DNA of 64,000 nucleotides. Source: an uncultured Chloroflexia bacterium (GTDB taxonomy: Bacteria > Chloroflexota > Limnocylindria > Limnocylindrales > CSP1-4). Positions 1-11,461 of this stretch are shown here, piece by piece. A program made the translations under genes and the position numbers. The notes below the pieces were generated by a model that saw nothing but the letters and a program-made list of their open reading frames with translations, made no database searches and was not told the DNA's origin. The stretch covers positions 608,570-672,569 of the forward strand of contig CAVVYR010000007.1 of the NCBI GenBank assembly GCA_963752475.1, read 5' to 3'. Every line of letters begins with the position of its first letter. Positions within the stretch are counted from its first letter, which is position 1.

Positions 1-111
1 CTTCGTGGCTGACGTTCACCGCGTGCCGCGTCGCGGCTCGGTCGGTACCGACCGCCACGTCGCAGATGAAGCCCTCGGCGGTGCCGCGGCAGACGACGTT
101 GACGGGCTGGC

Positions 112-115
<4 letters not shown>
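1..115 (-). CDS. Hypothetical protein, N-terminal part (runs off the window edge)
   Basis: ATG at 115 overlaps the hflX stop (ATGA). Reads MSQPVNVVCRGTAEGFICDVAVGTDRAATRHAVNVSHE open to the edge. Confidence 0.6.
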
Positions 116-1421
<1,306 letters not shown>

Positions 1422-1425
<4 letters not shown>

Positions 1426-2369
1426 TCGGCCCCAGCATAGTCGTCGCGGCCGATGTGCTCGAGCCAGGGGGCCAGCGTCCCCCGCGCCGCCGCCGCCGTT
1501 CCCTCGCCCGGCTCGAGCCAGGTGATGTCGGGCTCCGACCGGAACCAGGTGCGCTGGCGCCGGACATAGGCCCACGTGCGAGACGCATCGGTCGCCTTGG
1601 CGGTCTCGACATCGGAACGCCCCGCGAGCACATCGAAGGCCTCGCGGTAGCCCATCGCGCTGAAGGCGCTGAGGTCCTCCCGATAGCGTGCGCGGAGGCC
1701 GGCGGCTTCCTCGAGCAGGCCGCGCTCGAAGTGCTCATCGATGCGGGTCGCGATGCGTCGGCGGTGCTCGACATCGTCGAGTCGCAGGCCGAGCCACGTC
1801 ACCGGCGCCGGGTAGCCTTCGGGTGCGGGTGGCACGGCGGAGCCGGTGAGCGTGGCGCGCTCCAGCGCGCGGATGACGCGACGGGGGTTTCGCAGGTCGA
1901 TGACCTCGGCGCCCTCAGGATCGATGGAGCGCAGCTCGGAGACCAGGTGCTCCAGTCCATCGCTCTCGCTCCGTTCGTCGAGCGTCCGTCGCAGTCCAGG
2001 ATCGCTGTCGCCTGCCCCGAGCGGGAGGCCACGCGCGATCGTGCGCAGGTAGAGCCCGGTACCCCCGACGAGCAGACCGATGCCGCCACGCTCGGCGATG
2101 CCGTGGAGGGCGTCGAGGGCCGCGACCCGGTAGTCGGCGGCGGTGAAGCCTTCGTCGGGGTCCACGAGGTCAAGGCCGTGGTGCACGGCTGCCGCCTGTT
2201 CCGGGGCGGTGGGCTTGGCCGTGGCGATGTCCATGCCACGGTAGACCTGTCGCGAGTCGGCCGAGACGATCTCCGCTCCGGAAAGGCCCTGGGCAAGCTC
2301 GATGCCCAGCGCCGTCTTGCCCGTGGCGGTGGCACCCGCGATGACGATCAGGGGCGGCAGCTCAGGCGT
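1422..2369 (-). CDS. miaA: tRNA dimethylallyltransferase; start codon uncertain
   Basis: GATATGKT, ADSRQVYRGMDIATAKP, VGGTGLY, NPRRVIRALE, RRQRTWF. No ATG/GTG/TTG at the expected start. Confidence 0.93.
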
Positions 2370-3972
2370 GGTCGGCCCCTTCGATACGCCGACCCGAGAG
2401 GGCGTAGGCGCCGGCGCGCACGATCTCCACATCGACCAGCGTCCCGACCAGCGAGTCGTCGCCGTCGAAGTGGACCAGCTTGTGCTCACGGTTGCGCCCG
2501 ACGAGGCGCGGTCCCTGGGTCTGGGAGCCTTCGTGGTCGTGCCTGCGCGGCTGTCGGGCCTCATCCACGAGCACCTCGGTGTACCGGCCGACCCAGGCCT
2601 CGTTGAGCTCGCGCCCGATCGCCTCCTGGACGTCCAGCAGCTCGTTCAGGCGACGCTTCTTCTCGTCGGTAGGCACGTCGTCGGGCAGGTGCGTGGCGGG
2701 AGTGCCCGGTCGCTCGGAGTAGGCCGCCGCGAAGACCTGATCGAAGCGCACGGTACGCAGCAGCTCGAGCGTGGACTCGAACTGGTCTTGCGTCTCGCCG
2801 CAGAAGCCGGTGATGATGTCGGTCGTGAGCGCGATGCCGGGGATGGCCGCGCGCAGCTTCCCGACGAGCTCGAGATAGGCCTCCACGGTGTACTGGCGAC
2901 CCATCCGCCGCAGCACCTCGTCATCGCCCGACTGCACCGGCAGGTGCAGGTGCTCGCAGACCGGATCGCACTCGGCCATGGCCTCGATGAGTCGCTCGGT
3001 CAGATCCCAGGGATGCGAGGTCACGAAGCGCACGCGTGGGATGCCCGGGCGACCGTCGGGGTGACGGATGCCATCGATCGCGCGCAACACGGCGGCGATG
3101 TCCGGCCGGCCCGCGCGATCCTGGGCCCGCCCCAGCGTACGCTGGCTCTCGAGCGCGGCGAAACGCTCATCGGGCGGCAGGTCGTGGCCGTAGGAGTTGA
3201 CGTTCTGGCCCAGGAGCGTGAGCTCGTGGTAGCCGGCCTCGGCCAGGGTCCGCACCTCGTCCACGATGTCGTCGAACGGGCGGCTGCGCTCGGGGCCGCG
3301 GGCGAAGGGCACGATGCAGTACGTGCAGCTCTTGTCACAGCCGTAGACGATGGGCACCCAGGCCTTGGCGCCGCGGCCGCGTGCGATGGCCCCCTCCTCC
3401 ACCGCCGAGGCGCGCGTGTCGGGCAGGCGGTCGGCCGTGGCCGCGACGGAACGACCGACGCGTTCGAAGCCGGCCGCGCCGAGGGCGTCGGGCGTGGTGG
3501 GGCCGCCGAGGCCGAGCCGTGCGGTCAGCTCCGGTTCCTCGTCGGGCCGCAGGAAGAGATCGACGGCGGGATAGCGTCGCGGCAGGGTCTCGACGTTGTC
3601 CGCGCGGACCGAGCAGCCGGTGAGCACGACGCGGAGGGCGGGATTGGCCCTCTTCAGGTCGTTGATCGAGCCCATGCGCCCGATGACCTTGTTCTCTGCG
3701 GCCTCCCGGATGGAGCAGGTGTTGATGACGATGAGCTCGGCCTCCTCGAGGCGGGAAGCCTCCTCACAGCCGGCCGCCAGCAGCGCTCCGGCCATCTCCT
3801 CCGAGTCGGACTGGTTCATCTGGCAGCCGAGTGTCCAGACGTGGAAGCGGGGCAGGACGGCGGCCTCGGTGCGGTACTCCTCGACTGAGGCATGGGGTCG
3901 CGACGGAGCACGGGGCTCCGCGGTCCGGGGCGGCGGGGTCTCGAGCATCGGCAGCTCGGCACGGGGTGACAT
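2362..3972 (-). CDS. miaB: tRNA-i6A37 methylthiotransferase (radical SAM)
   Basis: TLGCQMN, NTCSIRE, GCDKSCTYC (CxxxCxxC), LGQNVNSYG, C-terminal TRAM-like domain. Confidence 0.95.
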   Translation of the reverse strand: MSPRAELPMLETPPPRTAEPRAPSRPHASVEEYRTEAAVLPRFHVWTLGCQMNQSDSEEMAGALLAAGCEEASRLEEAELIVINTCSIREAAENKVIGRMGSINDLKRANPALRVVLTGCSVRADNVETLPRRYPAVDLFLRPDEEPELTARLGLGGPTTPDALGAAGFERVGRSVAATADRLPDTRASAVEEGAIARGRGAKAWVPIVYGCDKSCTYCIVPFARGPERSRPFDDIVDEVRTLAEAGYHELTLLGQNVNSYGHDLPPDERFAALESQRTLGRAQDRAGRPDIAAVLRAIDGIRHPDGRPGIPRVRFVTSHPWDLTERLIEAMAECDPVCEHLHLPVQSGDDEVLRRMGRQYTVEAYLELVGKLRAAIPGIALTTDIITGFCGETQDQFESTLELLRTVRFDQVFAAAYSERPGTPATHLPDDVPTDEKKRRLNELLDVQEAIGRELNEAWVGRYTEVLVDEARQPRRHDHEGSQTQGPRLVGRNREHKLVHFDGDDSLVGTLVDVEIVRAGAYALSGRRIEGADHA

Positions 3973-4034
3973 CGTCAGTGCATGGTAGCCGCGGGTCGAT
4001 TCGCATGACGAGGGCGGGTCGGTCGCGCCGCTCG

Positions 4035-4926
4035 CTAGGCTGAGCCCAGCGCCTCGAGCAGCCGCTCGCCCACGCTTGGCGGAACCAGGACGCTGGCCTG
4101 CGCCTCGGCATACGAGCCGGTGTCGCCGTGGTAGTCGGAGCCTCCGGTCCGCAGGAGGCCGCGAGCGTCGGCGAAGCCTGCCATGCGCTCGATCCGATCG
4201 TCATCCCAGTGGTGGTAGTGGACCTCGAGTGCACCCAGGCCCCAGCCCATCAGCTCGTCGATGACCTGCGGCTCGTCCGGAGCCCATGAGGCGTGTGCGA
4301 GCGAGGCGATACCGCCGGCCTCGGTGATGGCCTCGATGGCCGCGCGTGGACCGATGCCCTGCCGACGGACGTAGGCCGGCGTGCCGGGAACGAGGTAGCG
4401 GGCGAAGGCGTCCTGCACGTCGTCGGCATGACCGGCTGAGACGAGCGCCCGTGCCACGTGGGGCCGGCCGAGTGCATCGATCCCACCCTCGACCTGTGGC
4501 AGGTGGTCGTCCACGGGCAGTCCCAGCTCGCCCAGTCGCTCGAGCGTGAGGGCGAGCCGCCGCTCGCGGGCGCCTCGCTGCTGCTCGAGCGTCGCTGCCA
4601 GCGCAGCGTCCTCAGGATCCATGCCGAACCCCAGGATGTGCAGCTCGCCGAGCCGCTCCTCGGTGCCGCCGACCGCCTCGATCTCGTCATCGACCATGGT
4701 GTTGATCTCGACGCCCACGATGAGCTGTGGGCCGGTGGTGCCGGGCATGCCGCAGCCGGCCGTGAGCATCTCGCGCACGCCGGCGAGCGTGTCGTGGTCG
4801 GTGATGGCGACGAGGGTCGATCCCCAGGCCCGCATCTGCTCGTAGAGCTCTGAGCGGTTCGAGGACCCCATCGGAGCGCGCGGTGTGGGTGTGCAGGTCG
4901 ACGGTGTTGCGCCGAAGCGTGGTCAC
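4035..4926 (-). CDS. PHP-domain phosphoesterase (TrpH/YciV-like), split by an apparent +1 frameshift near 4851
   Basis: DLHTHTARSDG in one frame, then AITDHDT, GRPHVA, LAH and TGGSDYHG in another. Confidence 0.85.
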
Positions 4927-5787
4927 ACCTCGATGATGCGGCTGATGCGCTCGATGCTGTGGGCCGCGCCCGTGGCCGGGTCGATGTCGATGAGCACGGC
5001 GTTGAAGAAGACCGGGCCCGAGCCCACCGCGAAGCGCGTGGGCAGCCCGTTCATGAAGCGCGGCAGGACGGTCTCGGGCTCGAAGCCGATGACGCTGTCG
5101 AGCGGCCCGGTCATGCCCAGGTCGCTGACGTAGGCGGTACCGCGCGAGAGCACGCGGTGGTCGGCCGTGGGCACGTGCGTGTGCGTGCCCACGACAGCGC
5201 TGACGCGGCCGTCGAGGTGCAGCCCGAAGGCCGTCTTCTCGCTGGTCAGCTCGCAGTGGAAGTCGACGAGTCGCACCGGCGGCAGCGAATCGGCACCACC
5301 GTCGAGCAGCTCATCCATCTCCGTGAACGGGTTCTCGATGGGGATCATCGTGCTCCGGCCCTGGGCGTTGATCGACCGCCACCTCCGTGCCATCGGCGGC
5401 ATGGTAGGTGCCCCAGCCGTGGCCGGGCACGGCCCCGTAGTTCAACGGCCGCAGGATGCGGGGCTCGCCGTCGAGCTGCGGGATGAGCTCGCGCTTGTCC
5501 CAGATGTGGTTGCCGCTGGTGATGACGTCCGCGCCGGCGTCGAAGATCGCCTCCGCGGTCGACATCGTGAGACCCATCCCGCCGGCCACGTTCTCGCCGT
5601 TGACGGTGACGAAGTCGATGCCTCGCTCCTGGCGCACACCATGTAGCTCGCGTTCGAGCGTCTGGCGCCCGGGCTTGCCGATGGCGTCGCCGATCATGAG
5701 CACCCGCAGGACGCCGGGCTCGGGCAGCAGGGGCATCTCGGGCAGCTGGTCGGCCGCGAGCGTCCGGCCCTTGGCACGACGTGTCAT
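4923..5787 (-). CDS. ymdB: YmdB-family metallophosphoesterase, apparent +1 frameshift near 5373
   Basis: GDAIGKPGR, NGENVAGG, ITSGNHIWD, then DFHCELTSEK, GTHTHVPTAD, DLGMTGP. Lies directly downstream of rny as usual. Confidence 0.88.
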
Positions 5788-5833
5788 CGGTGTTGCTCCC
5801 TTGCCCCGAGCACGCCGCATGCTCGCGGCGGGA

Positions 5834-7366
5834 TCACTTGGCGTACTCGACCGAGCGTGTCTCGCGGATGACCGTGACCTTGATCTGGCCCGGGTAGGTC
5901 AGCGTCTCCTCGATCTGGTGCACGATGTCCCGTGCGAGGCGGCCCGATGCGAGGTCGTCGATCTCGTCCGGCCGGACCAGGATGCGGACCTCTCGGCCGG
6001 CCTGTACGGCGAACGACTTCTCCACGCCGGGGAAGCCTTCGGCGATCTCCTGCAGGTCTGTGAGCCGCTTCATGTAGGTATCGGTGGACTCACCACGGGC
6101 GCCGGGGCGCGATGCGCTGATGGCGTCAGCGATCTGGACGATGGGCGCCTCCTGGCAGTCGTAGTCGACCTCCTGGTGGTGCGCCGCGATGGCGTTGACG
6201 GCCTTGGGCGAGAGCCTGTGCTTGGCCGCGATCTCGGCACCGATGGCCGCGTGCGGCCCCTCGACCTCGTGGTCGATGGCCTTGCCCATGTCGTGAAGCA
6301 GGCCGCCGAGCTTGGCTGCCTGAACGTCGGCGCCGAGCTCCTCGGCGATGACGCCGGCCAGCATCGACGTCTCCTTGCAGTGGTTGAGCACGCTCTGTCC
6401 GAACGAGGTGCGGTACCTCAGCCGGCCGAGCAAGGTCAGGATCTCGGCGGGCAGGCCCGGCACGCCGCAGTCGTACGCGGCTGACTCGCCGGCTTCGCGG
6501 ATGACCACGTCGACCTCGGCCTGGGCCTTGTTGACGACATCCTCGATGCGGCCGGGATGGATGCGGCCATCCTGGACCAGCTTGGTCAGCGCGAGCCGCG
6601 CGACCTCACGTCGGACGGGATCGAAGCCGCTGAGCATGACCGAGTCCGGCGTGTCGTCGATGATCAGGTCGACGCCGGTGGCCTGCTCGAGCGCGCGGAT
6701 GTTGCGGCCCTCGCGGCCGATGATGCGGCCCTTCATCTCGTCGGACGGGATGGGCACGGTGGTGACCGTGGCCTCCGCGGTGTGGTCGACCATCACGCGC
6801 TGGATGGCGGTGATGACGACGTCGCGGGCCTTGTCCTCCGCCCCTTCCTTGGCCGAGCGCTCGATGGCTCGGAAGAGGCGCACGGAGTCCTTCTCCGCCT
6901 CCTCGCGAACCTCCTCCACGAGCTTGGACTTGGCCTCCTCGGCCGACAGGCCGCTGACGCGCTCGAGCGCGGCGACCTGCTCCGCCTTGGCGGCGTTCAG
7001 CTCAGCGCGCTGGTTGTCGAGCTCCTGTTCGCGGATCAACAGCTTGCGGTCGCGTTCCTCGAGCATGTCGGTGCGCTGATCGAGCTGCTCGTCACGCTGC
7101 AGCAGGCGTCGCTCGAGGTTCTGCAGGTCGACGCGCTTGGCTCGGCCCTCCTCGTCCACCTCGCGCTGGATCTTGACCTGTTCTTCCTTGGCCTGGAGGA
7201 TGAGTTCCTTCTGCTGGGCTCGCGCTTCGGCCACGATGCGCTCGGACTTCTCGTTCGCGGCCTTGATGGCCTGGTTCGCGACCATGCCGCGCGCGAAGAA
7301 TCCGACAAGGAGCCCGCCGACGACCGCCAATACGATGACGACCGCCATGACGACGGGTTCGTTCAA
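5834..7366 (-). CDS. rny: Ribonuclease Y
   Basis: N-terminal TM helix, coiled coil, KH motif MKGRIIGREGRNIR, HD motif LLHDMGK, ADAISASRPGAR. TTG start with GGGAGG SD. Confidence 0.97.
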   Translation of the reverse strand: MNEPVVMAVVIVLAVVGGLLVGFFARGMVANQAIKAANEKSERIVAEARAQQKELILQAKEEQVKIQREVDEEGRAKRVDLQNLERRLLQRDEQLDQRTDMLEERDRKLLIREQELDNQRAELNAAKAEQVAALERVSGLSAEEAKSKLVEEVREEAEKDSVRLFRAIERSAKEGAEDKARDVVITAIQRVMVDHTAEATVTTVPIPSDEMKGRIIGREGRNIRALEQATGVDLIIDDTPDSVMLSGFDPVRREVARLALTKLVQDGRIHPGRIEDVVNKAQAEVDVVIREAGESAAYDCGVPGLPAEILTLLGRLRYRTSFGQSVLNHCKETSMLAGVIAEELGADVQAAKLGGLLHDMGKAIDHEVEGPHAAIGAEIAAKHRLSPKAVNAIAAHHQEVDYDCQEAPIVQIADAISASRPGARGESTDTYMKRLTDLQEIAEGFPGVEKSFAVQAGREVRILVRPDEIDDLASGRLARDIVHQIEETLTYPGQIKVTVIRETRSVEYAK

Positions 7367-7485
7367 TTCTGCCTCCCGTCCGACCCGAGGGGCCGGAGGT
7401 AAATCAAGCTCTGTGGGTACGCCACCGCGAAGTGGCTGAGCGGCCTTACTCCCTTTGGCGCCGCTCGACCTGAACGGTCAGGTTA

Positions 7486-7515
7486 ACCCTAGCGGTGCCC
7501 GGACAGGAGCGTCAA
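7486..7515 (-). promoter_or_regulatory. Sigma-70/SigA-type promoter for rny
   Basis: Minus strand TTGACG-N18-TAGGGT in the recX-rny intergenic region. Confidence 0.6.
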
Positions 7516-7528
7516 ACACCCCTGATGC

Positions 7529-8116
7529 CTACTCCGGCTCGTCCTGCGCGACGGTCGAGGCGACCTCGTGGCAGACGTCCGGGCCGAAGCCGTTGCGGGC
7601 CAGGAGGGCGTACGCCTTCTGGCGCCGCCGGCGGGGATCGGACTCTCGTCGGAGGCTGGATGCGCGACGTTCGATGAGGTGGAACGCAGCGGTGCGATCG
7701 GGGTCTCCCGGTCCCTGGTCTGGTCCTGGATCGGCGGCAGCCGCGGTGGCGGCCCGCTCGTCGAGCACGCCGCCGATGACGTCGTCCGGCACGCCCTTGC
7801 GCTGAAGCTCGCGCCGCAGGGCCACCGCGCCCCTCGGGCGGGCTCGATCACGGGATTCCACCCAGGCACGGGCGAACGCCTCGTCATCGAGATACCCGAT
7901 CTCGCTGAGGCGTGCCACGACCTGCTCCACGATGGCTGCGGGATAACCGAGGTGCACGAGGCGCTTGCGGGTCTCGTCCACGGACCGTGAGCGGACGGCC
8001 AGGAAGGCCGCCGCGGCCTCCATCACCGCATCCGGTTCGGTGACCGCGGCGCGTCGAGCACGCCGTGCCTCGGCCGCCTCGCGGCGCTCTTGGGGCGTGC
8101 GTGCTCGATAGGCCAA
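7529..8116 (-). CDS. recX: Regulatory protein RecX
   Basis: Directly follows recA. Motifs LAVRSRS, GYLDDEAFA, LRRELQRKGV, LARNGF. Confidence 0.9.
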   Translation of the reverse strand: MAYRARTPQERREAAEARRARRAAVTEPDAVMEAAAAFLAVRSRSVDETRKRLVHLGYPAAIVEQVVARLSEIGYLDDEAFARAWVESRDRARPRGAVALRRELQRKGVPDDVIGGVLDERAATAAAADPGPDQGPGDPDRTAAFHLIERRASSLRRESDPRRRRQKAYALLARNGFGPDVCHEVASTVAQDEPE

Positions 8117-9202
8117 CTACTCGGCCTCTTTGATGCCCTCCACGGGGACGTCGATGTCGGCGACCTTGGCGCGGATCTGGGTCTCGAGTTGCTGCGCGAT
8201 GTCCTGGTTGTTGCGCAGGAACTCCTTGGACTGCTCGCGGCCCTGGCCCAGGCGGGTGTCGCCGTAGTTGAACCAGGCGCCGGACTTCGACACCACGTCG
8301 CTGGCCACACCGACGTCCAGCAGACCGCCCTCACGGGAGATGCCGGTGCCGTACATGACGTCGAACTCGGCCACGCGGAACGGTGCCGCGACCTTGTTCT
8401 TGACGACCTTCACACGAGCGCGGATACCGATGGCGGCCTGGCCCTGCTTGATGGTCTCGATGCGGCGGATATCCAGCCGGACGCTGGAGTAGAACTTCAG
8501 CGCGCGACCACCGGGCGTGGTCTCCGGGCTGCCGAACATCACGCCGATCTTCTCGCGCAGCTGGTTGGTGAAGATGAGCGCGGTGTTGGACCGGCTGACG
8601 GCGCCCGTGAGCTTGCGCAGTGCCTGGCTCATCAGTCGCGCCTGGATGCCCACGAAGGAATCACCCATCTCTCCTTCGATCTCCGCTCGCGGCACGAGCG
8701 CGGCCACGGAGTCGACGACGACCGCGTCCACACCACCCGAGCGGATGAGGGTCTCAGCGATCTCGAGTGCCTGCTCGCCGGTGTCCGGCTGGCTCACGAG
8801 GAGGTTGTCGACATCTACGCCGCAGGCGCGGGCGTAGGCCGGGTCGAGCGCGTGCTCGACGTCGATGAAGGCCACGACTCCGCCGAGCTTCTGGGCTTCC
8901 GCGAGCACGTGCTGACAGACGGTCGTCTTGCCTGACGACTCGGGGCCGAAGATCTCCGTGATGCGGCCGCGCGGGATACCGCCCACGCCGAGGGCCAGAT
9001 CGAGCGCGATCGAACCGGTAGGGATGCTATCTACCTGCTGGTGCGTGTCCGAACCGAGGCGCATGATCGAGCCCTGCCCGAACTGCTTCTCGATGGACGA
9101 GATGGCAGCGGCGACTGCCTGTTTGCGCTCCTTGCCCTGGGCGTCTGCGTTCTTACCGATGTCGTTTCTCCCGGTCGACCGACCGGCGCTGGTGACGGTC
9201 AT
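8117..9202 (-). CDS. recA: Recombinase RecA
   Basis: [51 protein letters not shown]. Confidence 0.99.
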   Translation of the reverse strand: MTVTSAGRSTGRNDIGKNADAQGKERKQAVAAAISSIEKQFGQGSIMRLGSDTHQQVDSIPTGSIALDLALGVGGIPRGRITEIFGPESSGKTTVCQHVLAEAQKLGGVVAFIDVEHALDPAYARACGVDVDNLLVSQPDTGEQALEIAETLIRSGGVDAVVVDSVAALVPRAEIEGEMGDSFVGIQARLMSQALRKLTGAVSRSNTALIFTNQLREKIGVMFGSPETTPGGRALKFYSSVRLDIRRIETIKQGQAAIGIRARVKVVKNKVAAPFRVAEFDVMYGTGISREGGLLDVGVASDVVSKSGAWFNYGDTRLGQGREQSKEFLRNNQDIAQQLETQIRAKVADIDVPVEGIKEAE

Positions 9203-9252
9203 GCCAGTTCTCCTTCATGGCTGTCACCCGAGAGCCGGTCTGGCGAGTGGCC

Positions 9253-9411
9253 CTACTCCGGCCACTCCTCCTCGACCTTCGGCTTCCGCTTCGGCTTGAT
9301 CACCTCGACGGTCGGCATCGGTGGCTGGGAGAGCGGCTCGATGGACGCTTTCGCCTTCTTCGACTTCTTGGGCTTCTTCGCTTCGCGGCGGGAGGGGACT
9401 TTTCCTGCCAT
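9253..9411 (-). CDS. Small Lys-rich hypothetical protein (52 aa), below the ORF-track cutoff
   Basis: GAGGA SD then ATG. MAGKVPSRREAKKPKKSKKAKASIEPLSQPPMPTVEVIKPKRKPKVEEEWPE*, with G/C-ending codons like its neighbours. Fills the tgt-recA gap. Confidence 0.75.
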   Translation of the reverse strand: MAGKVPSRREAKKPKKSKKAKASIEPLSQPPMPTVEVIKPKRKPKVEEEWPE

Positions 9412-9458
9412 GTTCCTCGCGCCTCCATCTGGTGCCGCCTAGTCTGGGCGGCGGGGTT

Positions 9459-10646
9459 TCACTCGGACTTCACCCTCCCTTCGTCACGACTGTCAGCGCC
9501 GTTCGTGCCAGCTCTGTTGGCACGAAGCTGTCGCATCGTCTGGGGGAAGGTGCCGGTCCGGATCGCGGTCCGGATCTTGGCCATGAAGTCTAGGGTGAAG
9601 GTCAGGTTGTGACAAGTTGCGAGGCGATACCCGAGCATCTCGTCCGCCCGAAGCAGGTGGGCCAGGTAGGCCCGCGAGAACGAGCGGCAGAGTCGGCACG
9701 GGCATTCCTCCTGGACCGGCCGCGGATCGTCGAGGAAGCGCGCGTTGCGCATGTTCAGCCGGCCTTGCGGGACCCACAGCGTGGCGTTGCGCGCGACCCG
9801 TGCGGGCAGCACCGAGTCGAACATGTCCACGCCCGCATCGACCGCATCGAGCAGGTCCATCGGCGAGCCGAGCCCCATGAGGTAGCGCGGCCGTGGATCG
9901 TCCTCCAGCAGCGGCACCACGACATCGAGCGCAGCCCGGCGCTCGGCAGCCGACTCGTCCCCGGCCAGTCCGCCGATGCAGAGGCCATCGAAGGGCAGCG
10001 CCGCGATGGCCGCTGTCGACTCCGCCCGCAGGTCCGCCGCGAGGCCGCCCTGGATGATCCCGAACAGCGCCTGGTCCGGTCGCCTGTGGGCTTCGAGGCA
10101 GCGTGCCGCCCAACGATGAGTACGGGCGGTGGCCTCGGCCACCTCCCCGCGAGTGGAGGATCCCGGCGGCACCGGCTGGTCCAGGCAGACCGCGATATCA
10201 GACCCCAACGCCTCCTGGATGGCGATGGCATGCTCTGGCGTGTAGTCGATGAGCGCACCGTCGAGGTGTGAGCGGAAACGCACGCCGTCCTCGGTGATCC
10301 TGCGCAGATCGCCGAGGCTGACGACCTGGAAGCCACCGGAGTCGGTCAGGATCGGCCGGTCCCAGTTCATGAACCGGTGCAGGCCGCCGAGGTCACGGAT
10401 GCGCTCGTGGCCGGGGCGGACGGAGAGGTGGTACGTGTTCGAGAGGATGATCTGGGCACCGACCTCGTGGAGGTCGTCCGGATCGAGGGCCTTGACCGTG
10501 GCGTTGGTGCCCACGGGCATGAAGATGGGCGTCTCCACGAGACCGTGCGGCGTCTCCAGGCGCCCGGCACGTGCCCGGGTCCCCTCGCCTGCCGGATGTG
10601 TGACCTCGAAGCTGATGGGCGAGGTCCGACGCTCGACCGCCGTCAC
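9459..10646 (-). CDS. tgt: tRNA-guanine transglycosylase
   Basis: TPIFMPVGT, LSNTYHL, DSGGFQV, LFGIIQGG, PRYLMG, DMFDSV, Zn site CPCRLC...H. GTG start overlaps the upstream stop. Confidence 0.96.
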   Translation of the reverse strand: MTAVERRTSPISFEVTHPAGEGTRARAGRLETPHGLVETPIFMPVGTNATVKALDPDDLHEVGAQIILSNTYHLSVRPGHERIRDLGGLHRFMNWDRPILTDSGGFQVVSLGDLRRITEDGVRFRSHLDGALIDYTPEHAIAIQEALGSDIAVCLDQPVPPGSSTRGEVAEATARTHRWAARCLEAHRRPDQALFGIIQGGLAADLRAESTAAIAALPFDGLCIGGLAGDESAAERRAALDVVVPLLEDDPRPRYLMGLGSPMDLLDAVDAGVDMFDSVLPARVARNATLWVPQGRLNMRNARFLDDPRPVQEECPCRLCRSFSRAYLAHLLRADEMLGYRLATCHNLTFTLDFMAKIRTAIRTGTFPQTMRQLRANRAGTNGADSRDEGRVKSE

Positions 10647-11461
10647 TGCGTGATCTGCGCCCGGCGAGCCGCCAGCGCGGCAAGCAGCAGCGCAGCCACG
10701 ATGTAGCCGACCGACCAGAGCACCGCCGTATTCGCCCCCAGCGTGGGGACCGCGTCGCCGAATCCGCCGTCGGTCAGTTCGTCCGTGGTGGCGATGACGG
10801 CGCTCGAGACCGAATACGGGAAGTACATCAGGACCTCGTCCAGCGTGGGCACGAGGCGCAGGAACGTCTCCGCGAAGTAGAGCGCGATGGCGGCGCCGAT
10901 GCCCGCCAGCTGGCTCTTGAAGATCATGGCGATGGCGAAGCCGATGGCGCCTGCCTGGGCCACGCCCAGCCACGTCCGGCCAAGGAGCTCGGGCAGCGTC
11001 GCGAGGGTGTCCGGGTCAGTAGCGCCGTCCGTGCTCACGCCGCCGATGTTGGCGGCCAGGAGCGCGGCGCCGACGCCGATGGCGAACGACGCCACCACGC
11101 CCAGCAGCAGGACGAGTCCGATCGCGAGGTACGTCACGACCGTGTAGCGCACGCGGCTCTCGCCACGGGCGATGACCGCACGGATGGTGCCCCAGCCCCA
11201 GTCGGCACCGATGACCGCTGCGGCGTAGGCCGCAGCCAGCAGGCCGCCGAAGCTGAGCACGAAGCCCGCCAGCAAGGTGTAGGCCGTGGGGAAGCGCAAC
11301 AGCACCTGGATCTGGAGCTCTTCCATGGCTTCACCGGTCTGGCCCACAGAGAAGCCCAGCGCCAGGAAGAAGAGCACGAGGATGGCCGCGAGGATGGCGA
11401 AGACGATGTAGGTCGCTGGTCGGCGGACGAGCTTGAGCAGCGACATGCGCAGCAGTGCCAT
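10643..11461 (-). CDS. ABC-2 type transporter permease
   Basis: About six hydrophobic segments and a DWGWGTIR motif. Coupled (TGATG) to the ABC ATPase. Confidence 0.85.
   Translation of the reverse strand: MALLRMSLLKLVRRPATYIVFAILAAILVLFFLALGFSVGQTGEAMEELQIQVLLRFPTAYTLLAGFVLSFGGLLAAAYAAAVIGADWGWGTIRAVIARGESRVRYTVVTYLAIGLVLLLGVVASFAIGVGAALLAANIGGVSTDGATDPDTLATLPELLGRTWLGVAQAGAIGFAIAMIFKSQLAGIGAAIALYFAETFLRLVPTLDEVLMYFPYSVSSAVIATTDELTDGGFGDAVPTLGANTAVLWSVGYIVAALLLAALAARRAQITQ

Noticed and set aside
4845-5380. Frameshifts in the PHP gene (about 4851) and ymdB (about 5373) as programmed recoding or pseudogenes
   Set aside because: Each is one extra base with no slippery sequence, and both halves are otherwise intact. 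Best explained as read or assembly insertion errors; raw reads are needed to confirm.
7445-7460. AAAGGGAGTA resembling the start of a yybP-ykoY riboswitch
   Set aside because: The downstream conserved elements (CGUCA, GAGACC-like closing strand) are absent, and rny is not a typical target.
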